This document shows positions 58,941-64,000 of a DNA stretch of 64,000 bases, piece by piece (position 1 is the stretch's first letter; each line of letters starts with the position of its first letter). The DNA comes from Eledone cirrhosa (Eukaryota). The translations under genes were made by a program, and so were the position numbers. Below the pieces are notes generated by a model. The model ran no database searches and was not told the origin of the DNA. It saw only the letters and a list, made by a program, of their open reading frames with translations. Location of the stretch: assembly GCA_964016885.1 (NCBI GenBank), contig OZ024757.1, positions 26,846,001 through 26,910,000 on the forward strand, read 5' to 3'.

Positions 58941-59153
58941 CATTGTATGACAGACAGAGAGAGAGGAGTGTGGGCGGGGGGGGGGGGGGGGGGCGAGAGA
59001 GGGTGAATGAGTGTGTGTATTTGAGTGACAAAGAAAGTCAGAGAAACACAGTGACAGGTTGAGAGAGAGAGAGAGAGAGAGAGAGCAAAAAACAAGTGAC
59101 AGCAAGAGAGAAAGAAAAGGAAGGAGAGGGAGTGACTAAGAGAACTAGATAAT

Positions 59154-59190
<37 letters not shown>

Positions 59191-59243
59191 TAGATAGATA
59201 GATATAGATATATATCTTTATATATATAATATTAAAATGTTAT

Positions 59244-59284
<41 letters not shown>

Positions 59285-59534
59285 CACACATCAATAAAAT
59301 TTTAATATTATACACAGAAATAATTGGTGCTGAAATTGCTGAGTTAGCAGAATACAACCAAATCAGTTTTACATGTGTGTGTGCGTGTGTGTGCGTGTGT
59401 GTGTATGTGTGTGTGTGTGGGGGGGGGGGGAGAACAGAGAACACCAGCAATTCCCTTAGTAACATTGATTGATTAGAAGCTGAAAAGCAAATTTTTGTCT
59501 AACTTGAATTACACACACACACACACATATATAA

Positions 59535-59608
<74 letters not shown>

Positions 59609-59810
59609 AATTCAAGTTAGACAAAAATTTGCTTATATATACACACACACATATAAACACGTACATATATATATATTTATATACATCCACACACATATAC
59701 ACACATATACATACATACATCCACACACACATACAAATATATATGTTCATACATCCACACACACACATATATATGCACACACACACACACACATATATAC
59801 ATACATACAC

Positions 59811-59849
<39 letters not shown>

Positions 59850-60470
59850 TCCACACACACACACACACACATATGTATATATATATACACATACATCCAC
59901 ACACACACATGTATATATACACATACATCCACACACACACACACATATATGTATATACACACATACATCCACACACACATATATGTACATATAAATACAT
60001 ATACACATGTATTCATACCTAATACTATACTATACATACATACATGGCATGACATGAACCGTGTAAGAAATTGAAAATAAGGAGGCCACTGTCTATATGA
60101 AAAACTCAAAGACAGAGGGATGCACTGATACATGCCACAACACATCTAGACTGTTGGTTTCGCTGTGGAATATACAACAACAACAACAACACCAATGACA
60201 ACATAAACTGTACAGTTAACTGCACATGTGCAAATTGTAAAGAAATGTTGAAATGGATGAACACGAATACCATACGATGATAGAACCCAACAAGTGGAAA
60301 CAGCTATTCTTTTTTTTTTTTTTTTCTTTCGATTTTTAGCAAACATGACAAAGCTACAAATATCGAAGGGGTGAGGGTTAGGGTGGAAAGCATTCGATTG
60401 TATTGACTCCCAGCATATCACTGGTACTTATTTCATCCCCACCCCACCCGAGCAGAAGAATGATTTTTAA

Positions 60471-61079
60471 CCCTTTAGCATTTACATTACTCTCTATATA
60501 TTATTGTATTTTTGTGGTAAAGGCTTTGATCATCATCATCATCATCATCATTGTTGTTTAACATCCATCTTCCACGCTAGCATGGGTTGGACGGGTTTGT
60601 CCCACCTGAGGCGAGATTGGTCGGAAGACCATGTCTCAATCGTACAGAACTGTTTCTGGCAGGTTTTCTTCTACGGCTGGATGCCCTTCCTAACACCAAC
60701 CACATTTACAGTGTGGACTGGGAGCCTTTTTACCATGTCTCCTACACAACCACTTTACAGTGTGGACTGGGTGCTTTTTGTTGTGTCACCTACACAACCA
60801 CTTTACAGTGGACGGAAATGGTAGGATGGAGTAGGGGGTGCGGCGTGTATATTGGGTTAAGAGGTGCCTACTGACTGTAGGCTTAAGTTTGTATGCAAGG
60901 GAAGGTGGGTCTTCTGTATAACAGCTTTATCTCACATACTATCGAATCTACGAGATTTTGATGTTATCTATTTTGAGAACAATACCTTAATGTCAGTGTG
61001 AGTGGCCGATTACAGCCGGTTTGAGCAGAAAGAGGTGAGTGAAATATGGCCGGATATGGCCGGTTTAAATGCGAAAGGG
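60471..61079. mobile_element. piggyBac-type MITE with nested SINE
   Basis: TTAA-CCCTTTAGCATTTAC...AAATGCGAAAGGG-TTAA with a SINE at ~60530-60810. Confidence 0.7.
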
Positions 61080-61129
61080 TTAATTTAGGCACCAGGCCAA
61101 CCATGTGTGAGGAAGGGAATGTTGATGTT

Positions 61130-61865
61130 GGAGATCACCTTCTGACGAGTTGATAGGTTTGATGCTGAGTGGTTCATGGGTGGAATGAAGATCAGTGCTG
61201 CAAAGACTGAGACACTTGTCCTCTCAAGGAAGCCTGTGCAGTGCACTCTACATGTGAATGGGGTTCCACTGAAGCAAGTGGAGAACCATGTTCACGAGTG
61301 ATGGAAGGCAGGAGCTGGTGCAGTAATGCACCAGGTTCATCATTCAGTAATCAGAAGGGAAGTAGGTGTAAAAGCCAAACTTGCTATCTTCAATTCAGTA
61401 TTTGTGCCAACTCTTACTTATGGTCATGAATCTTGGGTAATGACTAAAAGAATACGATCATGAATACAAGTGGCTGAAATGGGATTCCTCCGAAGGGTCT
61501 TTGGAGTAATGTTACTCTATAGAGTGCATAATTTGGAGATCAGAGAGTTGCTCCAGGTAGAGCCACTACTTCTCCAAAATGAGAGATCACAGCTCTGATA
61601 TTAAGGACATGTGGTTAGAATGGCCCAGGAAAGAATCACTGGACAGATTTTATGAGCAAAACCAACTGGCAGGAGATCCAAGAGCAGACTCCAAGCAAGA
61701 TGGTTGGATAACATCCATAAGCTTGGCGGGTCATGCTTGGGGATCCAGCTGGATCAGTTGGAGACGGTTGCTTCTGGAGGGAACCGCTGGAAGGAATGTC
61801 TGAGGACTCTGCCTCCACGACCCTCTCAGGAATAAGTGGATGAAGAAGAAGGAGAAGAAGAAGAT
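61130..61865 (+). mobile_element. RTE-clade LINE 3' fragment
   Basis: GMKISAAKTE..V, PTLTYGHESWVMT..IQVAEMGFLRRVFG; stops and frameshifts; (GAA)n tail. Confidence 0.8.
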
Positions 61866-62611
61866 GCCTTTATTGTTGCAGTTGAGATCAAGTGATACCT
61901 GTCACATGAAGTGTCTTAATCTTCTATTCTTTGGAATGTGGTTATGAGGCAGCGGAGGGGGAGGCAGCGGAGGTAGGTAATGACCCAATTTACAGAAATA
62001 CAACAGAGCTTGAATTTTGTTGTAAATACATTAAACTATAATAATTAAATTACATTAATGGTGATGACTGTCTGAGTGGGTAATATTTCCTTAATTGCCT
62101 TTCTTAATTAAGAGCAACTCCCCTCTGCTTCCTACTTTACAGAGATGTCCTACTGAGCTGTTGATTATAGCAATTGCAACTATAAAATTAAGCAGGCCCT
62201 TGACTGGTGTTGGCTTAAAAATCATCATCCACACATCTATGAAATACAAGTCCCCTACACTTCATCATAGTCCATTCTGATATTCAATACATCCCTCATT
62301 ACAAGTTAAATTAGTAGCCGGTAATAATAAGTTAAATTAGTAGCTGTGGGTGAGTGAGTGAGTGAGTGTGTGTGCATATGTATGTCTGTGTGTGTAACAT
62401 CATCATGATCATCGTTTAACGTCCATTTTCCATGCTAGCAGAAAATGATAAAACAGAGGTACAAAAAGTCTTAGTTTCACGCTTTATATGGAAAAGAGGA
62501 AAGACATTTTGGCGTATCGGGTTTTAGCCGTTCTTCAGGAGTACAAAAATAGAGTCAGGATCACAAGGATAGATACAGAAAATAAAAGGTAGTCCTTAGT
62601 AAAAAAACGAA

Positions 62612-62802
62612 AATAATTGTTTCTACTTTTGGCACAAGGCCAGCAATTACCCAGTGCATTACTGGTACTTTATTTTATCGACCCCCGTAAGGATGAAAGG
62701 TAAAGTTAACCTCGACGGGATTTGAACTCAGACCGTAAAGGGGCATAGCTATGCAAGAAAGCATGGCGTCCAACCCTCTACTGATACTGCCAATTCACCG
62801 CC
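62612..62802 (-). mobile_element. tRNA-derived SINE (Meta-SINE-like central domain); representative of roughly 20 copies, e.g. 1082-1270, 9930-10118, 13753-13885, 18550-18870, 23993-24380, 34451-34750, 49762-49952
   Basis: Minus strand GGCGGTG(G/A)ATTGGCAG..(A box)..GAGTTCAAATCCC (B box)..GCCTTTCATCCTTACGGGGTCGATAAAATAAAGTACCAGT. Confidence 0.8.
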
Positions 62803-63087
62803 CATAATGAGAGTAAAAAAGACAAACCGTTGAGTAGTCTGGTAATGATTTGGGAATGCATAGTGAAATGTGTATGTATTAGTGTCGATATTATGTGTGT
62901 GTATGTATATGTTTAACCCTTTAGCATTTACATTACTCTATATAAACTATCATATTTTCATGGTAAAGGCTTTACCTCACATAATATCGAATCTATGAGA
63001 TTTTGATATTATTTATTTTGAGAACAAAACCTGAACATCTGTTTGAACAGAAAGAGGTGAGAGAATTCGGGCCAGATATGGCCCCAA

Positions 63088-63475
63088 TCAAGACCAGCTG
63101 AACTCATGGATGTTACCCAACCATCTTGCTCGGGGTCTATCTCTGGGTCTCTTGCCAGTTGGTTTTACCCATAAAATCTGTCCAGTGATTCTTTCTTGAG
63201 ATATTCTAACCATATGCCCATAGTATCGGAGCTGAGGTCTCTCAATTTGGAGAAGTAAGAGCTCTACTTGGAGCAACTTTCTGATTGCCAAGCTACGCAC
63301 CCTATCGAGTAACGTCACTCCAAAGACCCTCCCGAGGGACCCCATTTTGGCCACTTGTATTCGCAATTTTATTCATTCGGTCATTAACCAAGATTCATGA
63401 CCATAGGTAAGGGGTGGCACAAATACTGAATTGAAGGTAGCAAGTTTGCCTTTGGCTTTTACACCTACCTCCCTT
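63088..63475 (-). mobile_element. RTE-clade LINE fragment
   Basis: ORF 63088-63366 translation. Confidence 0.8.
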
Positions 63476-64000
63476 CACAATTGGAACATAATTTAACAAA
63501 TGTTATTACATAAAATTATGATGGAAGATTTTTATATAAATATAAACATTTTAAAATATATAGCATAGCATCATAGAACCAGGGGCAGTTTTAGGTAGTT
63601 TGTATGAAAAGTGTTAAACCTATGGAAGTCAGCATTAAAATTTAAACATTAGATTTCAAGGGACAATCTCCATCCACTTTAACCTCAGGGATTAGTGCAA
63701 TGACCTTAATCCATTCATGTAGTCCTATAGTGGGTAGCAGGAGGTGAATGGTTGGATATAATTTGGTGGGTTGAGATTAGGCTTCTTAAAAGCAGGATTT
63801 AATTTTAACTGTCTCAGCTGAAAGTATGGTCAGATAAAGAAGAGTTCCAGAAGAGTGCAATTTGGGAGAAAGAAGAAGGATTGGTCAAAGTAGTAATATT
63901 AAAGGTGTAAAGCTTGTTCATGGTGGTGATGGTGGAGCAAGAGTTGATTAATGGAAATTAAAGAGAACTAGCTTAACCCTTTCTGTTCAAACCGGCTGCT

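Overview
AT-rich, repeat-dense animal genomic DNA; the SINE and microsatellite style suggests an octopod cephalopod (inference). Two convergent spliced genes can be rebuilt exon by exon with consistent phases. SNRPE (Sm E) lies on + with 5 exons and 92 aa, and its first intron is a U12-type GT-AG intron. An MVB12/FAM125 ESCRT-I subunit lies on - with 9 coding exons and 281 aa (MABP + UMA). The rest is tRNA-derived SINEs, a TTAA-targeting piggyBac-type MITE, RTE, CRE and mariner fragments, and micro/minisatellites; almost all long ORFs in the ORF track are microsatellite artefacts. The main unexplained signal is a set of at least 9 intact-looking and several decayed minimal type I hammerhead ribozymes from several sequence families. 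They have palindromic stem III, sit in short elements usually near (TA)n tracts, and often form fold-back palindromes (Penelope pLTR/retrozyme-like). One lies in sense orientation about 55 nt inside an MVB12 intron, one is possibly in its 3' UTR, and four cluster antisense around its first coding exon.
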